Made by a program: the position numbers and the translations under genes | Assembly (NCBI RefSeq): GCF_963921235.1 | Contig: NC_086108.1 | Location: 99,326,001-99,390,000 of the forward strand | Source: Mobula hypostoma | Taxonomy: Eukaryota | Length of the DNA stretch: 64,000 nt | Reading direction: 5' to 3' | Notes under the pieces: generated by a model | The model's input: only the letters and a program-made list of their open reading frames with translations | The model's database searches: none | What the model was told of the DNA's origin: nothing | Shown here: in pieces, positions 9,876-22,420 of the stretch | Numbering within the stretch: the stretch's first letter is position 1 | Layout of the letters: every line of letters starts with the position of its first letter

Positions 9876-11594
9876 AAGGTCTCATCAGAGGGTTAAGCTC
9901 AACTCCTTTTGATTAGGTGTTGTTTAAAGATGATGACTCAGGAAGTCATCCAAATTCAAACCTTCCCATCACTTCCTTTCGTTTGTCCCTCTGCTTAACT
10001 GTAACACAAGTGAAGATGTTTAATGTTTCATGCAAATCCCCATTTCTGCCCTGATGTGATCTTCACAGATGTAACATTGGAACAAAGAAACTACTACATG
10101 ATAAATGACTAAGGACTATCTAGTTGGACTTCCTGTGGGATGATGGAGAAGACTTGATGGCCTAATTCCGCTCCTATGTCTTTCAGTCTAATGACGACTA
10201 TTGTGAGGAATGCTCAAATCTAATTGATACTCCTCCACCACCAATTTGCCAATGACAAAACTTTAAAGGTGCATTTTTAAATGGATGTGAAAGTTTTCTA
10301 TGTGGAAAGTTAATTATGTAAAATTGTGCAGGCAGAGACCAATCCACTTGGACCCAATATTTCCACTTTACAGTATTTATTTCGCTCATTACATGTGATG
10401 AAGGAGGTTCGGACACAATGGTTTGTCAGCCCCGTTAGTACAGTTAATTTCCTTTAAATAAAAGAATAAGAGGTTTGGAATTGATTTATTAGTTTTTACA
10501 ATCAAAGGGATAATTTCTTCACAGTGCGAAAATATATTGAACACTACCCATTGCATTCAGGGGCATAATGTCATGGACAATTGTTTTACATTTCAATGGT
10601 AATTATTATTCCTGAATAAATTTTTAATCTTGCAATTATGTCAGAGACTGAAATGGTATAAAATAATGGGAAGCTGAAAAGGATATTGAATGAAATCTCT
10701 AATCAATGTAGCGCTACGTCTTACTGATGTGGAGAAGACAATTCAAAAATCTTTTGTTATTTTAGACGGAGTTAATTTTAATTTTACCATTTAAATAAAT
10801 TCACTCACGAGCTTTTATCATTATAGAAGTCATATTTATTTCTTTTTGAGTTGAAGCAGCTCCCGCAGGAAGTGCACATAGTTAATGGAGTGGAAATTAT
10901 TTTACTAATTATTCTGCGGAATGTGATAAATTTGAAGCCTTTTTGCAAAGGCCATTCAAGAGTTTGAAAGGGAGATGCTGCATTGGTAACAATTATCACT
11001 TTCCGTTAAGCATAAGTGAGCTTTAGCACATAACAGTTTTTCAGCAGCCATTTACAAAGTACAGTTGAGAGTTAATTATTATACTATGAGTGGTAGTAAG
11101 TCTATTCCTCTACATCCATTCAGACTAAGGCTACATATCAGTACTGTTTCACTGAACCTGACCTTGAACCATTGTTTAATTCATCTAAGTACTGACACCA
11201 CAAGTCCAGTGGCCAATAAGGATCTTGGCTTCCATCTGTTCCCACTTGTCTTCTGTTTCTGTGGCTAATGAGACAGCTTAAGGAGAAGAGTTCCAAGTAC
11301 AAATGAAGTATGGATTGTAACATATTTTACCCTGAGTCTAATGGATGTGCAATACATCTAAAGTAATAAACCTATAGACTGGCAACTGTAATATTAACAT
11401 CATGTCATTTTGAGAAATGGTCAGTGGGAATTATGTTTAATTACACTTCAATAATGTACAAAGAGTGTGCATTCCCACAGACAGAGAACCATCGAATTAT
11501 AGAGCACAGAAGCTGGCCCTTTTGTCTGTCTAATCCAAGTTGTTTAACTGAGCTGGTCCCATTTCTCTTTGTTTGGCCCATGTCCCTCTGAATA

Positions 11595-12054
11595 TGTCAC
11601 AACCACGGATGCTGCTTCAGGGTCTACGTGCCCCCGCAGGCAATCTGCGCAGCAGACTTGGCAGCTGCGTTCGCGAATATGTACACGTCAGCTAATTACT
11701 ATTTTGTTATAGCGGCATTTAACACCTTTCTTTTCGTTGTAGCGCTTGTCGAGACTTGAGCAAAGCACAACAATGTTACACTGACCGCTTGTATTCGGCC
11801 TTGCCTGAGAAAGTGGACAGTCGAGTCAACTGATGCTGGAGACTAACGGTATTCGTTTTATATTTAACTATTCCTTTCAGCCGCAGTGTTGGCATTTAGT
11901 TTCCCGTTTGAGAGTTTTAGTTAACGGCCCTGTTTGGCCTAGTGTTTATTGTGTTCCTTTCCCTTAAAGTCCCGCTCATATTAAAAGTCTATGAACCGTA
12001 ATCCGCTTCAATGTCTCTTTATCCGCGCTTGGGTCACTTCTAAATGCCGTGACA
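11595..12054 (+). mobile_element. Solo LTR (460 bp) with 5-bp TSD
   Basis: Starts TGTCAC and ends GTGACA, flanked by GAATA (11590-11594 and 12055-12059). ATTAAA near 11980. CpG-rich. Sits in an antisense CR1 tail. Confidence 0.9.
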
Positions 12055-12181
12055 GAATATTTTCTGTCCACTTACCTGTTCAAATGCTTTTTAAATGTTG
12101 GGATTTTACTATGTGTTTCGAGGGGCTGGGCACATTTCATAGAAGGGTGGGGGAGTCGAGGACCAGAAGGCATAGGGTTAA

Positions 12182-12377
12182 CACAAAATAATCTGCAGAT
12201 GCTGGGGTCAAAGCAACACTCACAACACACCGGAGGAACTCAGCAGGTCGGGCAACATCCGTGGAAAAGATCGGTCGATGTTTCGGGTCGGAGTCCTGAT
12301 GAAGGGCCCGAAACGTCAACCAATCTTTTCCACGGATGCTGCCCGACCTGCTGAGTTCCTCCAGTGTGTTGTGAGTG
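12182..12377. mobile_element. Penelope-derived palindromic element; 14-bp TSD
   Basis: Perfect TSD AGGCATAGGGTTAA (12168-12181 and 12378-12391), inverted arms, and CTGATGA-A-GGGCCC-GAAACGTC at 12296-12317. Confidence 0.9.
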
Positions 12378-12397
12378 AGGCATAGGGTTAATGTATG

Positions 12398-12536
12398 ACA
12401 AATATGAGAAGGTCTGCAGATGCTGGAAATCCAAAGCAACACACACAAATTGCTGGAGGAATTCATCAGACCAGGCAGCATCTAGGGAAATGAGTAAACA
12501 GTCTTCGTTTTGGGCAGAGACTCTTCTTCAGGACTG
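12398..12536 (-). mobile_element. Single arm of a Penelope-derived element
   Basis: TCTGCAGATGCTGGAAATCCAAAGCAACACACAC...CTTCTTCAGGACTG (decayed antisense hammerhead). Confidence 0.8.
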
Positions 12537-12972
12537 GTTAACATATGAGGAGAGATTGGTAGCTCTGGCCAGTGCTTGCAGGAGTCTAGAAGAATGAGGT
12601 GGATATCATTGAAACTTATTGAATATTAGAAGGCCTGATAGAGTGGATGTGGGGAGATATTGCCAATAATGGGGCAGTGTGGGGTCAGAGGGTACAGACT
12701 TAGAATAGAAGGAAGGGGCTTTAGAACAGGGACAAGGAGGAATTTCTTTAGGAGGTAAATCTGTGGAATTCATTGCCACAGAAGGCTGTGGAGGCCAAGT
12801 CATTGGGCATATTTAAAGCAGAAGTTGATAGGTTCTTGATTAGCAAGCACATCAAAGGTTATGGGGAGAAGGTGGGAGAATGGGGTTGAGAGAGATAATA
12901 AATCAGCTGTCATCGAATGGCAGAGCAGACACGATGGGCTGAATAGCCTAGTTCTGCTCCTTATGTCCTATG
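12537..12972 (+). mobile_element. CR1 3' end
   Basis: TATGAGGAGAGATTG..., GTGGAATTCATTGCCACAG, tail GGGCTGAATAGCCTAGTTCTGCTCC. Confidence 0.88.
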
Positions 12973-13269
12973 GCTGTAGATTGCGAGAAGATGAAATACA
13001 AAATTAGGAGGGGGGGTGGAATTGAACTCTGGGAGGGGATCAAGCATTGAAAGGGTGTTGAATATTGAGGGGGAATCAACCTTCATTCAGAAGGAGTCAA
13101 ATATTGTGGGAGGGGTTGTAAGCCATGTGAGGGTAGAGTCTGTAAGAATGGATCAGCCATCTTAATGGTGGGGATGTTTTGGCTCTGAGGGTCCAAATAT
13201 GTGGCAGTAATATCATTGGCCTGATTGGTCAATCCTGTTCCTTCAGAACCACGTGCATTGTGTTGGAAG

Positions 13270-13800
13270 CAATTATGTAGAACATATGCAGCACATAGAC
13301 AGGCCTTTTGGCCAAACATGGTCATATAATCCAGATCCCTGCATTCCCTGTCTACTCATGTGCCTGTCCACCAAGATCATATCTGCTTTCGCTCCCACCC
13401 ATAGCGGTGAGTGGCAGGCACCCTCCCCTTGCCCCAAACATCTCCCTGAAACCTGCTCCCTCTTACCATAAAGCGATGTCCTTCAGTATTCAACAGTTCC
13501 ACCCTAGGGAACAGATTCTGGTTGTTTACTCTATCTCTGCCTCTCATTATTTTATAATATTCTGTGAGGTTCTCCCCCTCAGCCTCCAAGTGCTGCAAAG
13601 TTTGTCCAGCTTCTCCTTATAGTTCATGCTCTCTAATCAAGGCATCTTCCTAGTAAAATTCTTCTGCACCTTCTCCAAAGCTTCCTTATCTTTCCTGTAA
13701 TGGGGTAATCAGAGCGCTACACAATGCGTTCGAACTGAAGTTTTATACAACTGCAACAAGACTTCCTGACTCATGCCCCATAGCGATGAAAGCAACCAAG
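13270..13800 (-). mobile_element. CR1 3' fragment
   Basis: ORF 13377-13598 (YKIMRGRDRVNNQNLFPRV...GHRF). Confidence 0.8.
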
Positions 13801-13819
13801 CATTACCCATGGAATCCAT

Positions 13820-14660
13820 AGTTAGGATCTCCCAATGGCCACGTATTTTAATTCAGCTTCTCATTCCCATACTAACATGTCTGTCCATAGTAAATAGTTC
13901 GTGACTATACCTCTTCCCACCCTGTCTCCTGTAAAAATGTTATTCCCTTTTCTCAATTCTTTTGTCTCTGCTGCATCTTTTCTCAGGAAGTGACTTTCCT
14001 TTCCAGGATATCAGAGATGTCTTCTTTCCTCAAAGAACAGGGTTGCCCTTCCTCCACCATTGATGCTGCCCTCACCTGCATCTCCTCTGTTTCCTGAACA
14101 TCTGCTATCACCCCCTTTTCCCCACCACCTTAACAGTGATAGAGTTTCTCTAGTCCTTATCTATCACCCCATGAGCCCTTGCATCCAAGACATCATTTTC
14201 TGCAACTTCTACCATCTCCAAAGGGATTCTACCCACAGGCATATCTTTACTTCCCTCCCTCCCTCCACTTTGTGCAGGCATAGCTCCATCCGGGATTCCC
14301 TTATCCATTTGTCCCTCCCGACTAATCTCCATCCTGGAATTTATCCCTGCAAGCAGCCAAAGTGCTGCACTTGCCCATATACCTCCTCTCTCACCTCTAT
14401 TCAGAGCCCCAGACAGCCCTTCCAGGTGAGGCAACACTTCACCTGTGAAGCTGCTGGGGTCAGCTATTGTGTCCAGTGCTCTCGGTGCGGCCTCCTCTAC
14501 GTTGGTGAGACTCATCGTAAATTGGGGGACTGCTTCGACAAATACCTCCACTCCATCCGCCAAAAGTGGAACTTCCCGGAGCCCAAACATTTTAATTCTG
14601 ATTCCCATTCCTATTCTGACATGTTGGTCCATGGCTTCCTCTTGTGCCAAGATGAGATGA
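13820..14660 (+). mobile_element. Penelope-like element ORF remnant: RT thumb, Cys-rich linker and GIY-YIG endonuclease (pseudogene)
   Basis: DYTSSHPVSCKNVIPFSQF at about 13903. ORF 14060-14677 contains PCKQPKCCTC...FTC..GVSYCVQCSRCGLLYVGETHRKL...HFNS.SHS. Confidence 0.92.
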
Positions 14661-14930
14661 ATTTCCCTAGCGCATAGCCCTCTATCTTTCTAAGTTCCAT
14701 GTACCTATCTAAGAGGCTCTTAAAAGACCCTGTTGTACCCGCTTCCACCACCGCCACCGGCAGTGCATTCCATGACACGCCACTCTCTGTGCGAAAAATT
14801 TACCCCTGGCATCCCCTCGGTACCAATTTCCAAGCACCTTAAAACTATGCCCCCTCGTGTTAGCCCTAGGAAAAAAGCCTCTGACTATCCACGTGATCTA
14901 TATCCCTCATCACCTTATAAATACATCAAT
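14661..14930 (-). mobile_element. CR1 3' fragment
   Basis: Antisense CTATCTAAGAGGCTCTTAAA..GCAGTGCATTCCA..CCACTCTCTGTG. Confidence 0.75.
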
Positions 14931-15090
14931 GCCCCTCATCATCTTATGCAGGGCTTAAGTCAGCCTGGTTCAAAAGTTCAAAGTTCAAAGTAAATTTATT
15001 ATCAAAGTACGTATATGTCAGCATTTACCATCTTGAGCATCATTTTCTTGCAGGCATTCACAATGGTTCACTTACTAACATTCTCCAGAC

Positions 15091-15171
15091 CAGGTGTTCC
15101 CAATGTGGGGTCCACAGATCCCTTCCTTAATGGCAATGGTCTATGGTCTAAAAAAAGGTTGGGAACCCCTG
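15091..15171. mobile_element. 81-bp hAT (Charlie-like) MITE with 8-bp TSD
   Basis: TIRs CAGGTGTTCCCAA / TTGGGAACCCCTG; TSD CTCCAGAC (15083-15090 and 15172-15179). Confidence 0.9.
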
Positions 15172-16107
15172 CTCCAGACAGATCCAGCTGTTCAACGCTC
15201 CCACTGCTGAAACGCAACGATCTACCTGACAACTTCAGAGGCTCATTATTAATCACCATCGCCCCCATCACTTCCTTTTCCCCCCGCCAACCCTGAACAA
15301 CTCTGGCAATGAAGTAAAACTTGCCAGAGATAAGCAAGGATAAGATATTTTCCGACAGTTTACACAATGATTTCACTCAGTGTGGAGGTTAATTTAGTAG
15401 GGTATTTCAGCATCCATTTCTAAATTGTTTTGAGAAAGGTCAATCCTGATATATTTAGGCATATATATAATACCTAATTTTCTTTATATGTGGGAGCCAT
15501 TTCAACGCAAACTCTAATATTTCATATTTCAAGTAAATTACATTCAAAAATATCATTCTTGTACAGAAGCAAAAGCAATTTTAAATCTCATCAAAACAAC
15601 ATTTTGCTCTTTATTTCATTTAAAATTTTACCAAATTCGTTTTAGAAGAACACATTTTCATCTTTCAATATTGTCTCCTTCTCAGTCTGTCCTTTGCTTG
15701 TGTTCCCCCCACTCCCAGCAGGAAGCCTGGTATGCTGGAAGAATGGGTCATTACTGCCCACACCAACACACCCTTCTCCCTGCTGAATGCATGACTAACA
15801 GGGACTCTGCTCAGTTTGAGAGGAGGATGGGGAGAAGGCTACCCACTGCCACAGTTTGGAGCTCCCCACCTTTCTCCTGATTTCCCTGGAGACAGCACCG
15901 GGATCCCAAAGTCATCCTCGGACAAAGTGCTTTTGTTCTGAACAAAATCAACTCCCGGCCTGGCCAATGGTAACAAATCTTCATCCCTGGCAAGATTCTT
16001 GCAAATCTGCTCCACACCCTCTTTTGTGGTATTACATGCTTCTTGACGCATGGAGTCCAGCAGTGTACACAGCACGTGAGGACAGGAAAAAAAAGGAAGC
16101 GGGTCAT

Positions 16108-16265
16108 AAACACGAGAGATTCTGCAGATTCTGGAAATCCAGAGTGACACGTACAAAATGCTGGAGGAACTCAGCAGGTCAGGCAGATCTGTGGAGAGGA
16201 ATAAAATCCTGACGTTTCGGGGGCGAGACATGCTGAGGTTCCTCCGGCATTTTGTATGTGTTACT
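16108..16265. mobile_element. Penelope-derived palindromic element, internally deleted
   Basis: AAACACGAGAGATTCTGCAGA..AAAATGCTGGAGGAACTCAGC...GTTCCTCCGGCATTTTGTATGTG. Confidence 0.82.
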
Positions 16266-16631
16266 TTAAATATAAGCAGAAGTAGGCCGTTCAGCCCTCT
16301 GTATGTTCTCCCATTAAATACTATCACAGCTGATGATGTAGTCAGTGACACCCATCTTTGCTAATCCCATATCAGTTTATACTTCCAATATCTAAACATA
16401 TGTCAGTCTCTCCATTGAGAATGCCCAGATACCTCTTGGGTTGAGATTTGCAGAGATACACCAAATGAAGTAACTTCTTCTCATCACATTCCTCAAGGGC
16501 CAAAATCTTACTTCAGAATTGTGACACCCCCCGCCCCACTGGTTCAAAGACAGTCCATCCAGGGGAAATATTAACTCTACAGCTACTTGGCTAGCCCCTG
16601 GAGATTTTTGTGTTCTAGCCTTGACCTAACT

Positions 16632-16928
16632 TGGGGCGGCACGGCAGCGTAGAGGTTAGCATAACGCTCTACAGTACAGGCGAACTGGGATCGATTCCCT
16701 CCACTGCCTGTAAAGGAGTTTGTATGTTCTCCCTGTGACTATGTGGGTTTCCTCTGGGTGCTCTGGATTCCTCTCACAGTTCAAAGATCTACTGGTTGGT
16801 GGGTTAATTAGTCATTATAAATTGTCCAGTGATTAGGCTCAGATTAAATTGGAGGATTGTTGGGTGGCATGACTCAAAGGGCCAGAAGGGCCGATTCCGT
16901 TCTGTATCTCAATAAATAAATTAAATAA
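16632..16928 (+). mobile_element. Full-length HE1/V-type SINE
   Basis: GGGGCGGCACGG tRNA head, V-domain, GGGCCAGAAGGGCC..CTGTATCTC(AATA)n tail, and a CTAACT flanking repeat. Confidence 0.85.
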
Positions 16929-17634
16929 CTAACTCATGCTTTATACACTATCAACATGGCATGTCTCTCTTCTGCCTTGGCTGATAAACGAAAATGCCGC
17001 AGGTGCCTCAGAGATGTTCAGTTGTATCACCAGCTCTTCCTGGTCTGGAAACCACAGAATCTGTCCCCTCTACCGGGAGCCTTGGCCCATAATGGGACCA
17101 GGGAGTTTAGTGATGCTCACTTCACAATATCTTCCTTAAAACAAAAAGATCGTTAGCATGATTTCACATAGGAGCAACAAAAAAGCATAAAAACGAAATC
17201 ATGACAGCTCTCCAATTAACAAATGCTTTTAAGAGCAAATCACCTTTGCCTCTTAAATACATTTCTCATGAGCTATCAGTACCTGGTCTTCATATTTTAC
17301 CAGCCCGTTTCTCCACTCTTCATAAATTCTCACCGCGTCAGCAGTCAAGAATGACAACTTTGCTTTAACCTTGAACTTTCTGTTGCTGAAGAATGAATAA
17401 AGAGAGAAACACTTGAATTCATTTCTTATTGAGATGAGGCATGAAGAGAGAGACCCTCCTCCCCATCACAGCTGATGGCAGAAGAAAATAAATGTAGAAC
17501 ATTGAAAATGACAGCACAGTACAGGTTTTTTGGCTTACAATGTTGTGTTGACCTTTTGACCTACACTAAGAGCAATCTAACCCTTCTCTTCTACATAACC
17601 TTCCATCATTCTATCATTCATGAGTATATCTAAC

Positions 17635-17975
17635 TTACTGCCCAATATGCCTGCCAGTGGTTTTATGGCAGTAATGAATATCCTCCATCTCTGTCTGTCC
17701 ATACTGTCACACACAGATGTAGAAGGATTCTTTATTGCTGCTTCTGAAACAATTTTATTCTCTCAGTCAGGGTTGTTAGCCCTGAGATGAATCCCCAAAC
17801 CTTGAGGACTGGTGGGCCACTGTTAGTCCGTCCTCTACCCTTTGACCTGTATCTCAAGGGTAGCCCTACCAAGAACCAAAGCACAAGGCCGTGACTCTAG
17901 CCAGCCTAGCTTTCTGGGTCACTGAGGCAAGCAAACCTCCAAACCCTACAACAAGGTTGTGGTCCTCTTGGAGGA
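17635..17975 (-). mobile_element. RTE-derived non-autonomous element (5' UTR joined to 3' tail), inserted in an antisense CR1 tail (about 17495-18190)
   Basis: On minus: CCTCCAAGAGGACCACAACCTTGTTGTAGGGTTTGGAGG...GGGCTAACAACCCTGAC, motifs typical of RTE 5' ends. Confidence 0.65.
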
Positions 17976-18199
17976 CATGTACATCTGAGAGTTACATAAA
18001 TCTCCCCAACATAACTGCATCTCCCACCTGCCTGGCAGCACATTCCACACACCCGTTGCTCTCTGTGTAAAAACCGACCACTAACTTCCTCCCTGTACTT
18101 TCCTCCAATCACACTGATGTTTTGCCTCCTTAGATTAGCTATTTCTATGCTGGGAAGAAGTCTCTGGCTCTCCACTTGATCTACACCTGAAAGGAAGTG

Positions 18200-19100
18200 C
18201 TCGTTCGTTCATGGACCATTCAGAAATCTAATGGGGGAGAGGAAGCAACTGCTTCTGAATTACTGAGTGTTGGTTTTCAGGTTCTTCCACCTCCTCCCTG
18301 ATGGTAGCAATAAGGTCATGGTAAGAGTTTTTTAATGATGAATGTAGGTTTCTTGAGGCACACGTCTTGATGATATCGTCCATGGAGGATAGTGCACATA
18401 ATGGAGCCGGGGTGGGAGAGGAAATTCGATTACAATGCTGGTTAAGATGTTGCTGACCTGCGGTCTCCATAGGGGTCATGACTCAGACTACGTTGTTCAC
18501 TCAGTTTGTAGAGATGGTTTTGGGGACAGAGAGGGGCGTTCGGGGTCAGGTTAGGGTTTAAGGACAAGGAGGTTGGGTAAGTAGTGGTCAGGCCTTTGCT
18601 CTGCGCTCTGGGTTCGAGGGACATCAACATGAATGGATGATAAAGGGCATTTGTGGGTGTTGAGCTGTCCCAGGTCAGTGGGTCCTGGGACTGGATTTCC
18701 AGTGAGGAGAATGCACAAGGGTTGGACTGAGTTGGATAGCCTGGAGTTCAAGGGATGGAGTTTGGGGTCCTGTTATCGGCTAGTCAGGGGTCAACACTGA
18801 AGATTGAAGCTTGAAGGTCAATCAGAAGTCCGATGGCTGAAGCCTGGAGAATAGGGTTGGAGAACTATCTGTGTCTGGGTGGGAGGGAGGAAAAGGCTTC
18901 TTTTGCTGTCGTTGTTTTGTTCCTGGTTGTGTTCTGTGTTGTTCTGCTGGGCATTGTGGGCATCCTAGTTTGCCACCTGGTGTATAATGACACTTGTGGG
19001 CTGCCCCCAGCACACCCTTGGGTTGAGTTGGTTGCAAAGGCAACCGAGGCATTTCACTGCATGTTTCGATGTACATGTGGTAAAGATGTTTCGATGTACA
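18200..19100. mobile_element. Antisense Rex1-like fragment followed by a non-autonomous retroposon of a multi-copy local family
   Basis: Tail GACACTTGTGGGCTGCCCCCAGCAC..TTTCGATGTACATGTG recurs at about 25280-25425, 30420-30900(-), 44250-44400, 50200-50830(-), 52030-52270(-) and 62200-62640. Confidence 0.65.
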
Positions 19101-21514
19101 CTGTGCAAAGTATAGACAGAGCTCAGAACCCCCCTTAGCGGTTTGGACCTATGATCAGTGAGGAAACTGAACCATCCATAATTTGTAGGTAACCCTTGTC
19201 TCTTCCTGATCTGTTGAGAAATCCATCTCAGCATGAACATTCAGGAAAAATATAACCCATGAATGATTCAAGGTTGCAGACTCATTAGTATACACACCAA
19301 TATATTTTTATAGTCCACTTTTATTTTGTGGCTGGTATTAATGTAATAAATACAGCCCATAATCTTTCTCAATAAACACTGCAAAGTATTTTAATAAAGG
19401 CTTGTCGGCAAAAATGAAATGATACCATTTTCTTCCCATTATCTCTGAGAGACGGTTGATTAGAAGGTGTGTCTGGCTGCCATTTGACTCTATTAGTGCC
19501 CCTCTCTGATTGCACTAATTGACGCTTGATTTTTTTTTTCTGTGGATTCTGCTCCTTGCTTGCATCAGCTGTCACTTTCACAGCTTGATGACTCAATTAT
19601 GTTGGTAAGCAACTTATTCGGAATATGAGCGCGACTCCTACACTAAGGAAACAGTTCAGCAGAACAAATGCTCGCAGAACTCTGGGTTTGCCGGCTCCTC
19701 GGACACTTAGAATGATGAGTATTTGTAAATCGGGAGCCATCCAGTCCGCACACACACATGAAAATGCATCTTACATACAATTTTAGACTTAATAAGCATG
19801 AGTCCAGATGAATAGGTTTTTGACAGTTATGAATGAAGCCCTGGCTACGTTTCGGCAACAAGGGAGCAAACAGGAGGCCTAAAGCTTGTCTTGAATAAAT
19901 CATCGGCAAACACATTGTGGCTTCACAACTGGTTCAGGCATGAATCCTGCAAACATGTGACCCCAGTTGCTGAGCAACCACATCTCGGCCATTCTAAAGA
20001 ATATTAAAACAATTCTTGCTGCTGCAAGTTTATTAGAGTTCAACGAGCTGCAACTTTCCTGAGGTGGCTCTTCCGATGAGGACAGCTGGCGTTGTCCGTC
20101 GCATCTCTCACCCTGTGGAAAGGAAGCTCTTGGCAAAGCCGGAAAGGGGATGGATCACGCACCACAATTGGTGCCCAGAAACTGGCGATAGACGAGAGGA
20201 ATTTGGTCTACGGACTAGTGACTTGAATTCTGTTGCATAGCTTAGTTAGAATAAGAAGTTCCTTTTCATTCCTGCAATCTACTTTTAATGGCATTACAGG
20301 TCAGAAGTAACATGTGCAAAGGAAGGGTCTAAATTACTGCACTTAATCCCTGTAGGAGTGACCCCACTAAAAGCATTGCTGGACCTCAACCTCTTCTAAT
20401 GAAGGGAACAGTTTTCTATACAGAAGTTCCTTTGTTTTGATTTTAAAAAAAAACAGGTTAGCAGATGGATGGAGAAAACATTTAAGAGGAAAAAGTCTGA
20501 GATTTCCAGTTAGACTTTTAAATTAAATCTTCCAAAAATCATTAATGACTCAGCAACGTAATATTAGCTTTCACGGAATTGGACCTGCTTTACGGGGGAC
20601 AACGAGGTATTTAACTGAGAGCCGCAGCATCATAAAGTCGACAGAGCATTGTCTTAACCCTTCAGTAGAATGATTATCCTAGATTTCCTTTGCACGCTGT
20701 CCTCGGCAACAGAAGTCTTTCTCAACCGTGCGTGATCTACACTTACGAAATGGAAACAGAGCAGACCATGTAATGTTGAGCAGGACCACAGAGACTTTCT
20801 ATGAAACAAGGATCCTGCAGCGAAGCCAGTTTAACAAGAATTGTGCAGTGAGGGTCACACACTCATTTTATTGGCGTTTGTGTGATTTGTTTTTTTTTTG
20901 TGCATTGGATGTTCGATATTTTTCTTTAAACGGGTTCCATGGTGTTCTTCCTGTGCTTCGTGGCTGTCTGTGGAAACACATATCTTAGAGTTGTATACAG
21001 CATACATTGTTTTCTAATAAATATACTTTGAATCTTTGAACCCTAATAACTATTACAGTTTAGAACACTTTGAATACTTGCACTAATTGGACGTTGCTTT
21101 TTTGTTCTGATTTTGTTCTCCCTTCTAAAAATAGGATATAATTTATGTTTTATTCATGTGAATTCTGCTTACATAATGCAAGGTACCTGTGATGCTGGTG
21201 CAAGTAAGTTTTTCATTGCACCTGTGTATCTGACAATAAACTCAAATTTGACTTTAATTTTTTTTTGATTGGAGGAGCAAAGTTGGCTGACTACTGCCTT
21301 TTGTGATGGAACAAATATCAGAAGGAAGCTGAGGAGGCAGAAGTTGGTTACGATTACTTCAGCCTTGTCTTTAGCATTCACAGTTTGTGCCTCGTCATCC
21401 GTGTGGATATTCTTGGAATCTCCTCATCATGTCAGCCGTTTAATTGTCTATTCAAGTTTGGTTGTGACAGGAATTACAGAGCTCTGATCTGATCTAGTTG
21501 AACTGATGTCTCAC

Positions 21515-21790
21515 AACTTTGATTCTGACCCTGGGTGTTGTCTATATGGAGTTTGCATATTCTCCAAGACCATATGAACTTATCTCTGGTTGATTCAGTG
21601 TCCTCCCACATCCCAGAGATGTGTAAGGTAATTGGCCAGGATACGTTGTGCAGTTGAGTGGTGGAATCTCAGCAGAGCTGATGAGTATGAGTAGAGAATG
21701 TTAAAAATGGAACTAATGTCAGATGAGTATAAGTAGGTGCTTAAGGGTCAGTAAGGACTTGTTCGGCCAAAGAGCTGATCATTTTCTCTC
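21515..21790 (+). mobile_element. Degenerate V-type SINE
   Basis: GTCTATATGGAGTTTGCATATTCTCC..CCTCCCACATCCCAGAGA. Confidence 0.6.
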
Positions 21791-22129
21791 TAAAACTGTC
21801 TGATCTACTGGTCTTGGCTTCACTTGGTTCTCCAGGTGATGCAAAGACGTACAGGTGGCCTCACGCAAGTCAGGGCACACGAGAATTAATAAAGGAGCTT
21901 TAACAGGATTTCAGCTTTTTTCGGTCGTGTGGTCAAAGTCAAATAGGCAGAGAAGGCCTCATGCAGGCTCTTGAGAGAGAGAGATTTAAAAAGGGATCTT
22001 TCAAGGGATTTTGTCTTCAGCGGTGCACTTGTCGAATTGGCACAGAAGTCTGCACACAGGTCGAGAGCAAGAGCTTTTCTTGGCAGTGCAGTTGCAATTC
22101 ATTAGGAAGGGCAAATAAGAATAAAGTCG

Positions 22130-22420
22130 GGACAAGTAGAGTGGGCATTCTGTGAGCTACCAGTGTTGGAGTGGAGAGGCTTTGACTCGTCAGGCTTCGG
22201 TGAGAATAGGCTTGGGTGAAGTAAGTATCTGGTAAGTTTCTTCTTCATTCTTCATTCTCCATCTATTAGTACATAGTTAGAGCATTGAGGATGGCTCCAG
22301 GGGCTGCATTGTGTTCTTTGTGTGAGATGTGGGAATTCGGGGAGACCTCCAGCTTCCCAGATAACCACATCTGCACCAGGAGAAGGGCTTGGAGGGTAGT
22401 AAGTTCAGAGTGGGACGGCA
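22130..22420 (+). mobile_element. CR1 5' UTR and ORF1 N-terminal zinc-finger remnant
   Basis: MAPGAALCSLCEMWEFGETSSFPDNHICTR (CxxC..MW..C pattern) directly upstream of CR1 ORF2 pieces. Confidence 0.65.

Noticed and set aside
14060..14677. Possible domesticated GIY-YIG nuclease gene
   Set aside because: It is frameshifted relative to the upstream RT thumb, truncated by a CR1, and conserved residues have decayed. It is a pseudogenic Penelope fragment.
20074..20102. CCGATGA followed by the hairpin GGACAGC/GTTGTCC resembling a hammerhead
   Set aside because: U4 is replaced and no GAAA follows the stem.
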